53,302 bases of DNA from Actinomycetota bacterium (GCA_036519575.1 DATDKZ010000057.1:1-53302), one strand, 5' to 3'; shown: positions 40,979-52,180, numbered from the stretch's first letter. The notes: generated from the letters alone by a model not told the origin. Translations and numbers: made by a program.

Positions 40979-41734
40979 CTAGCCGCGAGCCGTGAGGACC
41001 TCCCGGCCGTCCTCGGTGACCGAGATCGTATGTTCGAAGTGCGCGGCCAGGGACCCATCAGCGGTCACCACGGTCCAGTCGTCGGCCAGGACCCGGGTCT
41101 TCCAGTCGCCCATCGTGACCATGGGCTCGACCGCGACCACCAGCCCGGGCCGAAGCTCGGGCCCCCGGCCCGGGAGCCCGTAATTCGGGATCTGGGGATC
41201 CTCGTGCAGGCTCCGGCCGACACCGTGGCCAACGTACTCCCGGACCACCGAGAAGCCCGCTCCCTCCACCACCTGCTGCACCGCGTGGGAGATGTCCGAC
41301 AGACGACCCCCGGGCCGTATCTGGGAGATCCCGGCCTCCAGGGCCTCCTCGGTCACCCGGACGAGCTTCTCGGCCTCCGCGGAGGGTGGCTCGCCCACGA
41401 ACACGGTGACCGCCGAGTCCGCGTGATAGCCATCCCAGATGGCGCCGAAGTCGAGCGACAGCACGTCGCCCTCCTTCAGGATCCGCTTGGGCGACGGGAT
41501 CCCGTGGACGACCTCCTGGTTCAACGAGGCGCAGATCGATGCGGCGAACCCCCGGTACCCCTTGAACGAGGGCGTCGCCTTCCGTTCCCTGATGAACGCT
41601 TCTGCCACCCCGTCGAGGTCGGCCGTGGAGACCCCGGGCTCGACGGCCGCGAGCACCGTGTCGATCGTCTCTGCCACGATGCCGCCGGCCACCCGCATCT
41701 TGGCCACCTCGTCGGGTGACTTGAGGATGATCAT
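40979..41734 (-). CDS. map: Methionine aminopeptidase, type I
   Basis: 251 aa. VVHGIPS...LSLDFGA...HGVGRSLHEDP...FEHT. Confidence 0.95.
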   Translation of the reverse strand: MIILKSPDEVAKMRVAGGIVAETIDTVLAAVEPGVSTADLDGVAEAFIRERKATPSFKGYRGFAASICASLNQEVVHGIPSPKRILKEGDVLSLDFGAIWDGYHADSAVTVFVGEPPSAEAEKLVRVTEEALEAGISQIRPGGRLSDISHAVQQVVEGAGFSVVREYVGHGVGRSLHEDPQIPNYGLPGRGPELRPGLVVAVEPMVTMGDWKTRVLADDWTVVTADGSLAAHFEHTISVTEDGREVLTARG

Positions 41735-42393
41735 GCTTCCAGGTCCAGCAGGTCGGACAGGGCCTCGATGGTGCGGTCGGCCACGACCTCCTCGGGGGCC
41801 TCGGCATCGATGTCCCGCAGCAGCCCCCGCTCCCAGAAGTACAGGACGAGCGGTTGGGTCTCTCGTCGATACACCTGGAGCCGGCGCCGGATGGTCGCCT
41901 CATCGTCGTCGGAACGCGCCTGGAGCCGGTGTCCGCAGACGTCGCAGATGCCCTCGACCCGGGGACGCTTGAAGTTCAGGTTGTAGACCCGCTTGCAGTT
42001 CGGGCAGACCAGCCGGCCGGTCAGCCGCTTCACCGCCACCTCATCCCCGATCTTGAAGTTCAGAACGGCGGAGAGCGGACGGCCCGCGGCGGCCAGGGCC
42101 CCTTCCAACGCCTGGGCCTGGGCCACCGTGCGGGGGAACCCGTCGAGGATGAACCCTTCCCTGGTATCCGGTTGGTCCAGCCGCTCCAAGACCATGTTCA
42201 CCGCGATGTCGTCGGGAACGTAATCGCCGCGATCCATGTACTCCTTGGCCGCCAGGCCGAGGGCCGTGCCCTTGGCGACGTGGTTACGGAAGATGTCACC
42301 CGTCCCGATCACAGCGAGCCCGTAGCGGTCCGACAGCCTCCTGGCCTGGGTGCCCTTTCCCGCCCCCGGAGGACCGAGGAGGACGATCCTCAT
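41731..42393 (-). CDS. adk: Adenylate kinase (Zn-lid CPNC...CDVC)
   Basis: 220 aa. MRIVLLGPPGAGKGTQA. Confidence 0.96.
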   Translation of the reverse strand: MRIVLLGPPGAGKGTQARRLSDRYGLAVIGTGDIFRNHVAKGTALGLAAKEYMDRGDYVPDDIAVNMVLERLDQPDTREGFILDGFPRTVAQAQALEGALAAAGRPLSAVLNFKIGDEVAVKRLTGRLVCPNCKRVYNLNFKRPRVEGICDVCGHRLQARSDDDEATIRRRLQVYRRETQPLVLYFWERGLLRDIDAEAPEEVVADRTIEALSDLLDLEA

Positions 42394-42395
42394 GG

Positions 42396-43682
42396 CTACT
42401 TCAGGAATCCTTCGTAGTGCCGCATGAGCAGCTGGGACTCGAGCTGCTTCATGGTCTCCAGAGCCACGCCGACCGTGATGAGGAGCGAGGTCCCGCCGAA
42501 CGGGAATTGCTGGATGACCCAGAACGCGAAGACGATCGACGGCAGGAGGGCGATGGCCGCGAGGAATAGCGAACCGGGCAACGTGATGCGGACCAGGACG
42601 TCGTTCAGGTAATTCGCCGTGGGCTGGCCGGGTCGGATCCCGGGGATGAACCCTCCGTACTTCCGGAGGTTATCGGCGGTATCCACCGGATTGAACGCGA
42701 TGGCCGTATAGAAGTACGCGAAGAACACGATCAGCATGCCGTAGATGGCCATGTACACCAGGCTCCGCTGATTCGTGACGTAGTTGTTCACAAAGTTCGT
42801 GAACCAGTTGGCGTGGTACACACTGGCAAGCAGGGTCGGGAAGTACAGGACCGACGAGGCGAAGATGATCGGGATGACGCCTGCCTGGTTGACCTTGAGC
42901 GGGATGTAGGTGCTGCCGCCGGTGGTCATCCGACGTCCCACCACGCGCTTGGCATATTGGACCGGGATCCGCCGCTGGCCCTGCTCGACGAAGACCACGG
43001 CCACCACCAGCGCCAGGCCGATCAATAGGACCACGACGAACTTCGCGTTGCTCTGCAACAGGATCGAGCGACCCTCGGTAGGGAGCCGGGAGATCACGCT
43101 GGCGAAGATGAGCACGGACATGCCGTTGCCGATCCCGCGTTGTGTGATGAGCTCGCCCATCCACATGATCAAAGCTGTGCCGGCGGTGAAGATCAGCACG
43201 ATCAACGCGATGTTCGGCGCAGTGAACGTGCCAGGCCGGAACACGTCGACGCCGTTCAACTGCTGAGCTCCGGAGTGGAACAGGAACACGAGCCCCGTGG
43301 ACTGGAGGAGCGCAAGGACGACGGTCACGTAGCGGGTCCACTGGTTGATCTTCTTGATGCCCGTCTCGCCCTGCTTCTGCCACTGTTCGAGCTTGGGGAT
43401 CACGACAGTGAGCAGCTGCATGATGATGGAGCTCGTGATGTACGGCATGATCCCCAGGCCGAACACGGCCATCCGGGTGAGCGCTCCCCCGGAGAACAGG
43501 TCGATGAACGACAGGAACCCGCCCTGGCCCTGCGATTTGAAGGCCGCCGTCAACCGGTCCAGGTCGATGATGGGAACGGGCACGTGGCAACCGAACCGAT
43601 AGATGACGATGATGAACAGGGTGAACAGGATCTTCTTGCGAAGGTCCGGGACCTTGAAGGCGTTGACGAAGGCGCGCAGCAC
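42396..43682 (-). CDS. secY: Preprotein translocase subunit SecY
   Basis: 428 aa. GTG start. LRKKILFTLFIIVIYRFG...GIMPYITSSIIMQLL. Confidence 0.97.
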   Translation of the reverse strand: MLRAFVNAFKVPDLRKKILFTLFIIVIYRFGCHVPVPIIDLDRLTAAFKSQGQGGFLSFIDLFSGGALTRMAVFGLGIMPYITSSIIMQLLTVVIPKLEQWQKQGETGIKKINQWTRYVTVVLALLQSTGLVFLFHSGAQQLNGVDVFRPGTFTAPNIALIVLIFTAGTALIMWMGELITQRGIGNGMSVLIFASVISRLPTEGRSILLQSNAKFVVVLLIGLALVVAVVFVEQGQRRIPVQYAKRVVGRRMTTGGSTYIPLKVNQAGVIPIIFASSVLYFPTLLASVYHANWFTNFVNNYVTNQRSLVYMAIYGMLIVFFAYFYTAIAFNPVDTADNLRKYGGFIPGIRPGQPTANYLNDVLVRITLPGSLFLAAIALLPSIVFAFWVIQQFPFGGTSLLITVGVALETMKQLESQLLMRHYEGFLK

Positions 43683-43702
43683 GAGAGGTCGATTCTACCC
43701 CG

Positions 43703-44140
43703 TCAGGTGACGATCTCGGTCCTGCCTCCGGCGGCCTCGATCTTGGCTTTGGCGGCCTCGGAGAACGCGTGGGCCTTGACGGTCAGTGCCCGTCCGATGT
43801 CGCCTCGGGCCAGCACCTTCACCGGACGTCCCCCGTGGATCAGGCCGCGCGACAGCATGGCCGCGGGATCGACCTCGCCGCGCTCGAACGCCTGGGCCAG
43901 CGTCTCCACGTTCACAACCGAGTACTCGACCCGGTTGCGGTTGGTGAAACCCTTCAGTTTGGGCACGCGACGCTGAAGCGGCATCTGGCCGCCTTCGAAT
44001 CCCAGTTTTGGGTTGTGGCGTGCGCCGTAGCCCTTGGTCCCCCGGCCCGCCGTCTTGCCCTGCCCGGCGGCCCTGCCGCGGCCGACACGCCGCTTCCGCC
44101 GCGTGGCACCGGAAGCGGGACGGAGGTGATGGAGCTTCAT
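43703..44140 (-). CDS. rplO: 50S ribosomal protein L15
   Basis: 145 aa. [30 protein letters not shown]. Confidence 0.96.
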   Translation of the reverse strand: MKLHHLRPASGATRRKRRVGRGRAAGQGKTAGRGTKGYGARHNPKLGFEGGQMPLQRRVPKLKGFTNRNRVEYSVVNVETLAQAFERGEVDPAAMLSRGLIHGGRPVKVLARGDIGRALTVKAHAFSEAAKAKIEAAGGRTEIVT

Positions 44141-44358
44141 CCCTTCTCCTGCCTCCCACTCTTCGCCGAGCGACCACCCGGCGTCTCTTCGACCTTCACC
44201 AGGTGGCTGACCTTGGCGATCATGCCTCGGATCTCGGGGCGGTCGTCCTTGATCACCGAGTCGCCCAGGCGGTGCAGCCCCAACCGACGGACCGTCGCCT
44301 TCTGATCCTTCGGCCGGTGGATCACACTCCGGATCTGGGTGACCCTAAGCTTGGTCAC
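44137..44358 (-). CDS. rpmD: 50S ribosomal protein L30 (with a short C-terminal extension)
   Basis: GTG start. (M)[34 protein letters not shown]. Its stop overlaps the rplO start. Confidence 0.9.
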   Translation of the reverse strand: MTKLRVTQIRSVIHRPKDQKATVRRLGLHRLGDSVIKDDRPEIRGMIAKVSHLVKVEETPGGRSAKSGRQEKG

Positions 44359-44944
44359 CGTAGGCCTCCTCGAGCTTGGCCGCCCGGGCCGCCTGCATCC
44401 GCTCGTCCGCCGCAGCCACGGCCGAGAGCATCGGCTTGGGCGCCACCTCGCTTAGCTGCCGACCGCGGAGCCTGGCCACCTGCTCGGGCCGCTTCAGGCT
44501 GCGCAACCCGGCCGTCGCCGCCTTCACGATGTTGATTGCGTTGCTCGACCCCAGGGATTTGGACAGGATGTCCTTGATCCCCGCACACTCGACCAGGGCC
44601 CGGACCGGACCGCCGGCGATGACCCCGGTGCCCGGTGCAGCCGGCTTGAGGAGCACGATGCCGGCGCCGTCCTCCCCGGTCACCTGGTGCGGAATGGTGG
44701 TCCCCATCATCGGAACCTCGAACATCTTGCGCTTGGCTTCCTCGACCCCCTTGGCGATCGCCGCGGGGACCTCCTTGGCCTTGCCGTACCCCACGCCAAC
44801 GCGTCCCGCGCCGTCGCCGACCACGACGAGCGCGGCGAAGGAGAAGCGGCGGCCGCCCTTGACCACCTTGGCCACGCGGTTGATCGCGATGACCCGCTCC
44901 TCGTACATGCCCTTCTCTCCGGTCGACGCGTCGTACCGTCGCAT
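44345..44944 (-). CDS. rpsE: 30S ribosomal protein S5
   Basis: 199 aa. [30 protein letters not shown]. Confidence 0.95.
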   Translation of the reverse strand: MRRYDASTGEKGMYEERVIAINRVAKVVKGGRRFSFAALVVVGDGAGRVGVGYGKAKEVPAAIAKGVEEAKRKMFEVPMMGTTIPHQVTGEDGAGIVLLKPAAPGTGVIAGGPVRALVECAGIKDILSKSLGSSNAINIVKAATAGLRSLKRPEQVARLRGRQLSEVAPKPMLSAVAAADERMQAARAAKLEEAYGDQA

Positions 44945-45315
44945 CAGATCGCCAATCCCCCTTCCCTGGCTCCCTCGGCAAGCGCGGCGATCCGGCCGTG
45001 ATACAGCCGGCCGCCCCGGTCGAACACCGCGCCCTGGACCCCGGCCTGCTTCGCCCGGTCGGCGATCAGCGCCCCCACGGCCTTGGCCACGACCTTCTTG
45101 TCGCCCTTGGTTCCGCCGCCACCGAGCTCACGGTCGGACGCCGAGGCAACCGTGCGAGAGGAGACGTCGTCGATCAGTTGGACGTAGATGTGCCGGTTCG
45201 ATCGGTACACGGCCAGACGAGGGCGCGCCGCGGTACCCGAAATCTTGCGCCGGATCCGGAGTCGCCGGCGCGCCCGCGCCGAGCGCTTGTCGTCGCCACG
45301 CTGGAGTGTCCTCAT
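44944..45315 (-). CDS. rplR: 50S ribosomal protein L18
   Basis: ATG 45315 overlaps the rplF stop. [20 protein letters not shown]...[24 protein letters not shown]. Confidence 0.94.
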   Translation of the reverse strand: MRTLQRGDDKRSARARRRLRIRRKISGTAARPRLAVYRSNRHIYVQLIDDVSSRTVASASDRELGGGGTKGDKKVVAKAVGALIADRAKQAGVQGAVFDRGGRLYHGRIAALAEGAREGGLAI

Positions 45316-45863
45316 GCCGTCGCGCCCTTCGCCGCCTTGCCGGCCTTCTTCCGGACGAACTCGCCCTCGTAGCGGATGCCCTTGCCCTTGTACGGCTCGG
45401 GCTTGCGGATCTGCCGGATGTCCGCGGCCACCTGTCCGACCTGCTGCTTGTCGTTCCCCCGGATGATCACGCTGGTGGGTGCCGGGACCTCGAACTCGAT
45501 GCCGTCTGGGCACGGGACGGGGATCGGGTGCGAGTACCCCACGGAGACCTCCAGGTCCTTGCCCCGGAGGGATGCCCGGTAACCGACGCCCACGATCTGC
45601 AGGCGCTTCTCGTAGCCCTTCGTCACTCCCTCGACCATGTTCGCGATGAGTGTGCGCGTCAGGCCGTGAAGGCTCCGGTGGAAGCCCTCGTCGCTCGGGC
45701 GCTCGACCCGGATGACGCCGTCGTCGCGAACGACTCGCATCTCGGGGTGGAGCCGCCGGGACAGGGTTCCCCGCGGGCCCTTCACCGTCACCGTCGCACT
45801 ATCGTCGATCGCCACCTCGACGCCGCCCGGGATCTCGATAGGTTGCTTTCCGATCCGACTCAT
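45312..45863 (-). CDS. rplF: 50S ribosomal protein L6
   Basis: 183 aa. [17 protein letters not shown]...VGVGYRA. Confidence 0.96.
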   Translation of the reverse strand: MSRIGKQPIEIPGGVEVAIDDSATVTVKGPRGTLSRRLHPEMRVVRDDGVIRVERPSDEGFHRSLHGLTRTLIANMVEGVTKGYEKRLQIVGVGYRASLRGKDLEVSVGYSHPIPVPCPDGIEFEVPAPTSVIIRGNDKQQVGQVAADIRQIRKPEPYKGKGIRYEGEFVRKKAGKAAKGATA

Positions 45864-45873
45864 GGCTTCGTCC

Positions 45874-46293
45874 TCACCACACGAAGGCCAGGACCTCTCC
45901 GCCGATGCCGCGGCGAGAGGCCTCTCGGTCCGTGATCACGCCCTGGGATGTGGACAGGATGGCGATGCCGAGCCCGCCCATGACCCGTGGAAGCTTGTCG
46001 TGCACGGCATACACGCGGCGACCCGGGGTGGAGATGCGCCGCAGGCCGGTGATGGTCCGCTCCCGCTTCGCCCCATACTTCAGGCGGACCCGGAGGGCCT
46101 GGTGGACGCCCTCGCCCTCGGTCTCGAAGCCGTCCACGAACCCTTCCGCCGCAACGATCTTGAGGATGGCCTGGTTGAGCTTGGACGCCGGCACGAGCAA
46201 GTCGTCCTTGTACGCCACGTTGGCGTTGCGGATCCTCGTCAGCATGTCCGCGACGGGATCGGTGACGTTGGTCCGAACGAGCGCCTTCACCAT
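45874..46293 (-). CDS. rpsH: 30S ribosomal protein S8
   Basis: [20 protein letters not shown]. The start is ATG 46293 or GTG 46290 (a GTGA overlap with the rpsN stop). Confidence 0.95.
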   Translation of the reverse strand: MVKALVRTNVTDPVADMLTRIRNANVAYKDDLLVPASKLNQAILKIVAAEGFVDGFETEGEGVHQALRVRLKYGAKRERTITGLRRISTPGRRVYAVHDKLPRVMGGLGIAILSTSQGVITDREASRRGIGGEVLAFVW

Positions 46294-46472
46294 GATGCCT
46301 TGGTCACCCCCGGCAGCTCACCGATGTGCGCCAGCTCGCGGAAGCAGATCCGGCACAGCAGGAACCTGCGGTAGACGGCACGAGCCCGGCCGCACCGACG
46401 GCACCGGGTGTGCTCCCGCACAGCGAACTTCGCCGGCTTGAGCTGCTTCTCGATCTTCGCCTTCCCTGCCAT
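46287..46472 (-). CDS. rpsN: 30S ribosomal protein S14, type Z (Zn-binding CxxC...CxxC)
   Basis: 61 aa. [28 protein letters not shown]. Confidence 0.95.
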   Translation of the reverse strand: MAGKAKIEKQLKPAKFAVREHTRCRRCGRARAVYRRFLLCRICFRELAHIGELPGVTKASW

Positions 46473-46484
46473 CTCGCCCTCTCG

Positions 46485-47066
46485 TTACGAGGCCGCCGCG
46501 CTCACGGCCGGGGCCCCCTCGAACGGGAACCCCAGCGCGATCAGCAGCGCCCTGCCTTCATCGTCCGTCTGCGCCGTCGTCGCGACGGTGATGTCCATCC
46601 CCCGGACCTTCACAACCTTGTCGTAGTCGACCTCGGGGAAGATCAACTGCTCGGTCAGCCCGAGCGTGTAGTTCCCGTGGCCGTCGAACGACCGTCGTGA
46701 CAGCCCCCGGAAGTCTCGGATCCTGGGGATTGCCACCGTGATGAGGCGGTCGACGAACTCCCACATGCGGTCGCCCCGAAGGGTGACCTTGGCCCCGATG
46801 GACATGCCCTCCCGGAGCTTGAAGCCGGCGATCGACTTCCGGGCCTTGGTCACCACCGGTCGCTGCCCGGCGATGACGGCGAGGTCCTGGGTGGCCGCCT
46901 CCAGCATACGAGCATCCTTGAGGGCGTCACCCACGCCCATGTTGATGACGACCTTCTGGAGCCGCGGGACCTCCATTGCGTTCGCATATCCGAGCTCCTG
47001 GCGGAGGCGCGGGAGGACCTCCTCGCGATACCGGACCTTCAGCCGAGGCACGTAGCGCTCGCTCAC
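46485..47066 (-). CDS. rplE: 50S ribosomal protein L5
   Basis: GTG 47066 overlaps the rplX stop (GTGA). [17 protein letters not shown]...VVINMGVG. Confidence 0.94.
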   Translation of the reverse strand: MSERYVPRLKVRYREEVLPRLRQELGYANAMEVPRLQKVVINMGVGDALKDARMLEAATQDLAVIAGQRPVVTKARKSIAGFKLREGMSIGAKVTLRGDRMWEFVDRLITVAIPRIRDFRGLSRRSFDGHGNYTLGLTEQLIFPEVDYDKVVKVRGMDITVATTAQTDDEGRALLIALGFPFEGAPAVSAAAS

Positions 47067-47407
47067 AGCTCCGCCTCGCACTTGCGGCAGATCCGGACCT
47101 TCGTGCCGTCCGACCCGACCTCGTGGCCGACTCGGGTGGGCCGGCCGCAGGACTTGCACACGATCTGGACGTTGGAGATGTCCACGTACAGCTCCATGTC
47201 GATGATGCCGCCCTGCTGGAGCTGCTGTCCGCTGGTGGACCGGCGCCCAGTGGCCCGCTGATGCTTCTTGGCCATAGCCCCGCCCTCCACCAGGATGCGC
47301 CCGTCCTTGGGCACCACGCGGACCACTCGGCCCCGATGGCCGCGGCTCTTCCCCGTCATCACCTGCACGGTGTCGTCCTTCTTGACGTCGACTCCTGGCA
47401 TCGTCAC
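47063..47407 (-). CDS. rplX: 50S ribosomal protein L24 with C-terminal CxxC...CxxC motif
   Basis: 114 aa. [24 protein letters not shown] (KOW)...[31 protein letters not shown]. Confidence 0.94.
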   Translation of the reverse strand: MTMPGVDVKKDDTVQVMTGKSRGHRGRVVRVVPKDGRILVEGGAMAKKHQRATGRRSTSGQQLQQGGIIDMELYVDISNVQIVCKSCGRPTRVGHEVGSDGTKVRICRKCEAEL

Positions 47408-47772
47408 AGCACCTCCGGTGCGAGCGAGATGATCTTCATGAACCGCTTCTCCCGCAGCTCGCGGGCCACCGGGCCGAAGATCCTGGTCCCCCGAGGGTTC
47501 CGCTGGTCATTGATGAGGACCACGGCGTTGTCGTCGAATCGGATGTACGAGCCGTCGGGGCGGCGGCGCTCCTTGGCCGTGCGCACCACGACACCCTTCA
47601 CCACCTCGCCCTTCTTCACGGCGCCGCCGGGGAGCGCGTCCTTCACGGAGCCCACGACGACGTCGCCGATCCGGGCGTAGCGGCGGTGGGACCCCCCCAG
47701 GACGCGGATCACCAGGACCTCCCGGGCCCCCGTGTTGTCCGCGACCCTGCATCGGGTCTCTTGCTGGATCAC
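47404..47772 (-). CDS. rplN: 50S ribosomal protein L14
   Basis: 122 aa. [19 protein letters not shown]. Confidence 0.97.
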   Translation of the reverse strand: MIQQETRCRVADNTGAREVLVIRVLGGSHRRYARIGDVVVGSVKDALPGGAVKKGEVVKGVVVRTAKERRRPDGSYIRFDDNAVVLINDQRNPRGTRIFGPVARELREKRFMKIISLAPEVL

Positions 47773-47779
47773 CGCTCCC

Positions 47780-48079
47780 TCACTTCGCCCGTTCGACGAT
47801 CTCGACGACCCGCCACCGCTTGGTCTTCGACAGGGGTCGGGTCTCGATCACGCGGACGGTGTCGCCCACGTGTGCCTCGTTTGCTTCGTCGTGCGCCGCA
47901 AGGCGCGACGAGCGCCGAACGATCTTCTGATAGAGCGGATGGCGGATCTGCCGATCGATCTTCACCAGCACGGTCTTGTCCATCGCGTCGGACACCACCA
48001 CGCCGGTGCGGGCCTTCCGCCGGCCTCGTTCGCTCGACTGGGTCACGTCCCGCTCGCTTCCTTCTTGCTCGCTCGCCAT
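47780..48079 (-). CDS. rpsQ: 30S ribosomal protein S17
   Basis: [26 protein letters not shown] 48079 is the track start. GTG 48046 forms a GTGA overlap with the rpmC stop and is an equally plausible start. Confidence 0.92.
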   Translation of the reverse strand: MASEQEGSERDVTQSSERGRRKARTGVVVSDAMDKTVLVKIDRQIRHPLYQKIVRRSSRLAAHDEANEAHVGDTVRVIETRPLSKTKRWRVVEIVERAK

Positions 48080-48444
48080 CGCCTCGTTCGTTTCCCGGTC
48101 TCCTGCTCGGATCCCTCGGCCTCGCCGAGCTCCTCGCCCGGCTCGAGCAGGACATCGAGGGGCTCGCCCTTCTTCCTGCCGGCCGCCTGGGCCTGGCGAG
48201 ACTCGGCCAGGGCCTCGGCATCTGCCCGGGCCAGTTCCTCCTCCACCGCCTGCTCCGGCTGGCGTTCGCGCAGCACCGTTAGGATCCTCGACACGTCGTG
48301 CCGCACGTCCTTGATGCGCATGGGGTTGTCGAGCTGCCCCGTGGCCAGCTGGAACCGCAGGTTGAACAGCTCCTCCTTGTGGGACTCCAGCCGCTCGATG
48401 AGCTGATCGTCCGGGAGCTCGCGGAGCTCGGCCACCCTGGTCAT
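48043..48444 (-). CDS. rpmC: 50S ribosomal protein L29 with a ~70-aa acidic C-terminal extension
   Basis: ATG 48444 overlaps the rplP stop (ATGA). [33 protein letters not shown], followed by [19 protein letters not shown]...[15 protein letters not shown]. High GC3 continues to the stop at 48043. Confidence 0.85.
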   Translation of the reverse strand: MTRVAELRELPDDQLIERLESHKEELFNLRFQLATGQLDNPMRIKDVRHDVSRILTVLRERQPEQAVEEELARADAEALAESRQAQAAGRKKGEPLDVLLEPGEELGEAEGSEQETGKRTRRWRASKKEASGT

Positions 48445-48860
48445 TCCGATCCCCCCGCCCGGCTGATGAACTTTGTCTTGATGGGAAGCTTGTGGGCTGC
48501 CCGGCTCATGGCCTCCTTGGCCACCTGCTGGGTGACCCCCGAGAGCTCGAACATCACCCGGCCGGGCTTGACCACGGCTACCCACCCCTCAGGGTTGCCC
48601 TTGCCAGAGCCCATCCGCGTCTCGGCCGGTTTCTTGGTGACCGGCTTGTCGGGGAAGATGTTGATCCACACCTTGCCACCCCGGCGGATGTGCCTGGTGA
48701 TGGCCACCCGAGCCGCCTCGATCTGGCGGTTGGTGATCCACGCGGGCTGGAGGGCCACCAGGCCGTAGTCACCGAAGTGCACCTCGGTCCCGCCCTTGGC
48801 CCGGCCCCGCATCCGGCCCCGATGGACCTTGCGGTGCTTGACCTTCTTCGGAGCGAGCAT
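48441..48860 (-). CDS. rplP: 50S ribosomal protein L16
   Basis: 139 aa. [19 protein letters not shown]. Confidence 0.97.
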   Translation of the reverse strand: MLAPKKVKHRKVHRGRMRGRAKGGTEVHFGDYGLVALQPAWITNRQIEAARVAITRHIRRGGKVWINIFPDKPVTKKPAETRMGSGKGNPEGWVAVVKPGRVMFELSGVTQQVAKEAMSRAAHKLPIKTKFISRAGGSE

Positions 48861-49741
48861 CAGGCCTCGCTCCCTTCGGCGGCCGGCGGTTCCTCGGCGG
48901 TCGCGCCGGGCTCGGGGGCCGTCCCGTCGTCACCGGCCTCATCACCGCGCTCGGTGCTGGGCTCGGGGACGGCCGGCTCCTCGGTCTCGATGGCCTCGGC
49001 CTCAGCCTGGTCGGTGATCAGGGCACCGGTGGAGGCGCCTCCGGCCGATACCTGCGCCAGGGCCCGGGCTCGGGCCAGCTCTGTCTCCTTCTCCGCAGCC
49101 GGGATCTCGTCGCCGTGATACACCCACACCTTCACCCCGATCTGCCCGAAGGTCGTCTTCGCCTCGGCCGTGCCGAAGTCGATGCGGGCCCGCAGGGTAT
49201 GCAGCGGCACCCGCCCCTCGCGGTACCACTCGCGGCGCGACATCTCGGTCCCGCCGAGGCGGCCACCGCATTGCACCCGGACGCCGAGCGCCCCGGCACG
49301 CATGGCCGTCTGGACGGCCCGGCGCATGGCCCGGCGGAACGAGACCCGCCCGGCCAACTGTTCGGCCACACCCTGGGCGAGCAGCGTCGCATCGGTCTCC
49401 GGCCGGAGCTGGCTGGCCGCCGAGTTCATGTCCTCGACCTTCACGTCGACCCGCTTCTTGGTCACCCGCTCGATGTCCCGGCGGATCCGGTCGACCTCGG
49501 CGCCCTTGCGGCCGATCACGATGCCCGGACGGGCTGTTCGGATGAACACCCAGATCTGGTCGCCCTTGCGCTCGATGTCGATGCTGGAGATGCCGGCCCG
49601 CGACAGGCGGCTGCGGATGTGCTTGCGGATCCACACGTCCTCGTGCAGGGAGTCCGCGTAATCGCGGCCTCCGAACCAGTTGGACTTCCACGTGTAGATG
49701 ACCCCCAGCCGAAGTCCGTACGGATTGACCTTGTGACCCAT
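48860..49741 (-). CDS. rpsC: 30S ribosomal protein S3 (acidic Ala/Glu/Pro-rich C-terminal tail)
   Basis: 293 aa. [14 protein letters not shown]...GIVIGRKG (KH domain). Confidence 0.96.
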   Translation of the reverse strand: MGHKVNPYGLRLGVIYTWKSNWFGGRDYADSLHEDVWIRKHIRSRLSRAGISSIDIERKGDQIWVFIRTARPGIVIGRKGAEVDRIRRDIERVTKKRVDVKVEDMNSAASQLRPETDATLLAQGVAEQLAGRVSFRRAMRRAVQTAMRAGALGVRVQCGGRLGGTEMSRREWYREGRVPLHTLRARIDFGTAEAKTTFGQIGVKVWVYHGDEIPAAEKETELARARALAQVSAGGASTGALITDQAEAEAIETEEPAVPEPSTERGDEAGDDGTAPEPGATAEEPPAAEGSEA

Positions 49742-50086
49742 TCAGGCTTCCTCTCCCAACGACTTCACGATCAGCGTGATGTGCGACGTGCGCTTCCTGA
49801 TCCTGGCCGCCCTGCCGTAGGCTCGGGGCCGCCAGCGCTTGAGCGTCGGGCCCTCGTCCACCCATGCCCGGTCGACGATCAGGTTCTGGGCCGCCACCCC
49901 CGGCCCCTGCTCGGCGTTCGCCACCGCCGAGTTCAGTGCCTTCTCGATGGTACGCGACGCCGATTGGGGCGCGAACCGCAGGATCCGGCGGGCCTCCTCG
50001 ACCTGCCGGCCCCGGATGAGGTCGACCATCCGCCGCGCCTTCATCGGCGAGAGCCGCACGTATTTGATCGTCGCCTTGGCTTCCAT
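49742..50086 (-). CDS. rplV: 50S ribosomal protein L22
   Basis: 114 aa. AKATIKYVRLSPMKARRMVDLIRG. Confidence 0.96.
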   Translation of the reverse strand: MEAKATIKYVRLSPMKARRMVDLIRGRQVEEARRILRFAPQSASRTIEKALNSAVANAEQGPGVAAQNLIVDRAWVDEGPTLKRWRPRAYGRAARIRKRTSHITLIVKSLGEEA

Positions 50087-50089
50087 CCC

Positions 50090-50371
50090 CTACCTGACCG
50101 TCGTGCTCCGCTCGGCCCGCGCGTGGGACCGGAAGGTCCGGGTGGGCGCGAACTCTCCGAGCTTGTGGCCGACCATCGACTCGGAAACGTAGATGGGCAC
50201 GTGCTTTCGCCCGTCATGGACGGCGATGGTGTGCCCCACCATCTCTGGGACGATCGTCGAACGACGAGACCAGGTCCGTACTACCTTCTTCTCGCCGCGG
50301 CGGTTCATCTCCACGACCCGGACCATGAGGTGGTCGTCCACGAACGGGCCCTTCTTGATCGACCTCGGCAC
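50090..50371 (-). CDS. rpsS: 30S ribosomal protein S19
   Basis: GTG 50371. (M)[14 protein letters not shown]...[12 protein letters not shown]. The track ORF N-terminus is rejected. Confidence 0.95.
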   Translation of the reverse strand: MPRSIKKGPFVDDHLMVRVVEMNRRGEKKVVRTWSRRSTIVPEMVGHTIAVHDGRKHVPIYVSESMVGHKLGEFAPTRTFRSHARAERSTTVR

Positions 50372-50373
50372 GT

Positions 50374-51204
50374 CTATCCACGCCCCTTCCCGCGGCGACG
50401 GACGATGAGTTTGCTCGACGCCTTGTTCTTCCTGCGCGTCCGCCCTTCCTTCTTTCCCCACGGCGAGGTGGGGTGGCGGCCACCGGAGCTCTTGCCCTCG
50501 CCCCCGCCGAGCGGGTGATCCACCGGGTTCATGGCCACTCCGCGGACCGAGGGGCGCTTGCGGCGCCACCGGTTGCGCCCGGCCTTGCCCAGCTGGACCA
50601 GCTCGTGCTCGGGGTTGCCCACGACGCCGACCGTCGCCCTGCACGTCGCCTCGACCAGCCGCGTCTCGCCCGATGGCAAGCGAACCGTGGCGTACCGGCC
50701 CTCCTTCGCCATCAGCTGCACGCTGGTCCCCGCCGAGCGGGCCATGCGGGCGCCCGCACCGGGCTTGAGCTCCACGGCGTGCAGCGTCGTCCCCACCGGG
50801 ATGTTCCGAAGGGCCAGTGCGTTTCCGGGGCGAACGTCCGCCCCCTCCCCGGAGACCACGGTATGACCGACCTCGAGTCCTTGCGGCGCAAGGATGTAGC
50901 GCTTCTCGCCGTCGAGGTAGTGGAGCAACGCGATGCGTGCCGTCCGGTTGGGGTCGTACTCGATGTGCGCGACCTTGGCCGGGACGCCGTCCTTGTCCCG
51001 CCGGAAGTCGATGACCCGGTACCGCCGCTTGTTGCCACCGCCCTGATGCCGGGCGGTCACGCGGCCGTGGGTGTTTCGGCCGGCCTTGTTGCGCCCCTTG
51101 GCCACGAGCGACTTCTCCGGGCGGTCCCGCGTGACCTCCGCGAAGGTCGAACCGGTCATCCCCCGGCGGCCCGGCGTCGTTGGCTTGTACTTGCGGATAG
51201 CCAT
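50374..51204 (-). CDS. rplB: 50S ribosomal protein L2
   Basis: ATG 51204. [16 protein letters not shown]...[12 protein letters not shown]. Confidence 0.96.
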   Translation of the reverse strand: MAIRKYKPTTPGRRGMTGSTFAEVTRDRPEKSLVAKGRNKAGRNTHGRVTARHQGGGNKRRYRVIDFRRDKDGVPAKVAHIEYDPNRTARIALLHYLDGEKRYILAPQGLEVGHTVVSGEGADVRPGNALALRNIPVGTTLHAVELKPGAGARMARSAGTSVQLMAKEGRYATVRLPSGETRLVEATCRATVGVVGNPEHELVQLGKAGRNRWRRKRPSVRGVAMNPVDHPLGGGEGKSSGGRHPTSPWGKKEGRTRRKNKASSKLIVRRRGKGRG

Positions 51205-51206
51205 GG

Positions 51207-51497
51207 CTACGTCCCCGTCTCGAAGATCTCGATGGCGTCGCCTTCGGCGAGCTTGACGATGGCGCGCTTCTGGTCCGCGCGCTTGCCCTGCGTGAATCGG
51301 CGACGCTTCACCTTTCCCTGCCGGTTGAGCGTGTTGACGGAGAGCACCCGAACGTTCCAGATCTGCTGGATGGCCTCCTTGATCTCGGTCTTGTTCGCCC
51401 GAGGATCGACGAGGAACGTGTACACGTTGGACTCGAGGCCGCCGTAGGACTTCTCGGAGACCACCGGGCGGATGATGACGTCCCGCGGCGTCTTCAT
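51207..51497 (-). CDS. rplW: 50S ribosomal protein L23
   Basis: 96 aa. [13 protein letters not shown]...KTEIKEAI. Confidence 0.96.
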   Translation of the reverse strand: MKTPRDVIIRPVVSEKSYGGLESNVYTFLVDPRANKTEIKEAIQQIWNVRVLSVNTLNRQGKVKRRRFTQGKRADQKRAIVKLAEGDAIEIFETGT

Positions 51498-52180
51498 GCC
51501 TCGGCCTCCCCGGCATCCTTGCGCGGAGCCTCGTCCGAGCTGGTGTGGGCCGGCTGGGTCCCGCCCTCCAGCGCGTCCAGGGCCCCCTGGGTGAACAGGA
51601 CGCGGTCGGCTGCGAGCACCTCATAGACGGCCAGCGCGGGTACGTACGCCACACGGACGGAGGCGAGGTTGCGGAAGGATCGTTCCACGATCCCGTCGCT
51701 CGACGGTCCCGGCAGCACGAGCAGGACGGAACCCTCGAGCTCGAGGGCCTCGATCACTTCGGCCGCCCGGCGAGTTTTCGGCTCGTCGAACGAGAGCTCA
51801 TCCACCACGGAGACCTTGCCCGACGTGAGCGCGTCGGTGAGCGCGGAGCGGAGCGCGCCTCGCTTCATCTTCTTGTTGACACGCATGGAGTGGTCCCGAG
51901 GATGAGGGCCATGAGCCACCCCGCCGCCGCTCCACTGGGGAGCCCGGATCGACCCCTGCCGAGCACGGCCCGTGCCCTTCTGGCGCCACGGCTTGCGACC
52001 CCCGCCGGAAACGTCGCCCCGGGTCTTCGTGGCATGAGTACCCCGGCGGATGGCGGCCATGCCGGCCACGACCACCTGGTGCATGAGCGGGACGCTGACT
52101 CTGGCCTCGAAGACCTCGGGGGCCAGCTGGCGCTGGGCCACCTTCTTGCCGGAAGCGTCGACCACCTGGACCTTGGGCAT
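51494..52180 (-). CDS. rplD: 50S ribosomal protein L4
   Basis: ATG 52180 shares 1 nt with the rplC stop. [25 protein letters not shown]. Confidence 0.95.
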   Translation of the reverse strand: MPKVQVVDASGKKVAQRQLAPEVFEARVSVPLMHQVVVAGMAAIRRGTHATKTRGDVSGGGRKPWRQKGTGRARQGSIRAPQWSGGGVAHGPHPRDHSMRVNKKMKRGALRSALTDALTSGKVSVVDELSFDEPKTRRAAEVIEALELEGSVLLVLPGPSSDGIVERSFRNLASVRVAYVPALAVYEVLAADRVLFTQGALDALEGGTQPAHTSSDEAPRKDAGEAEA

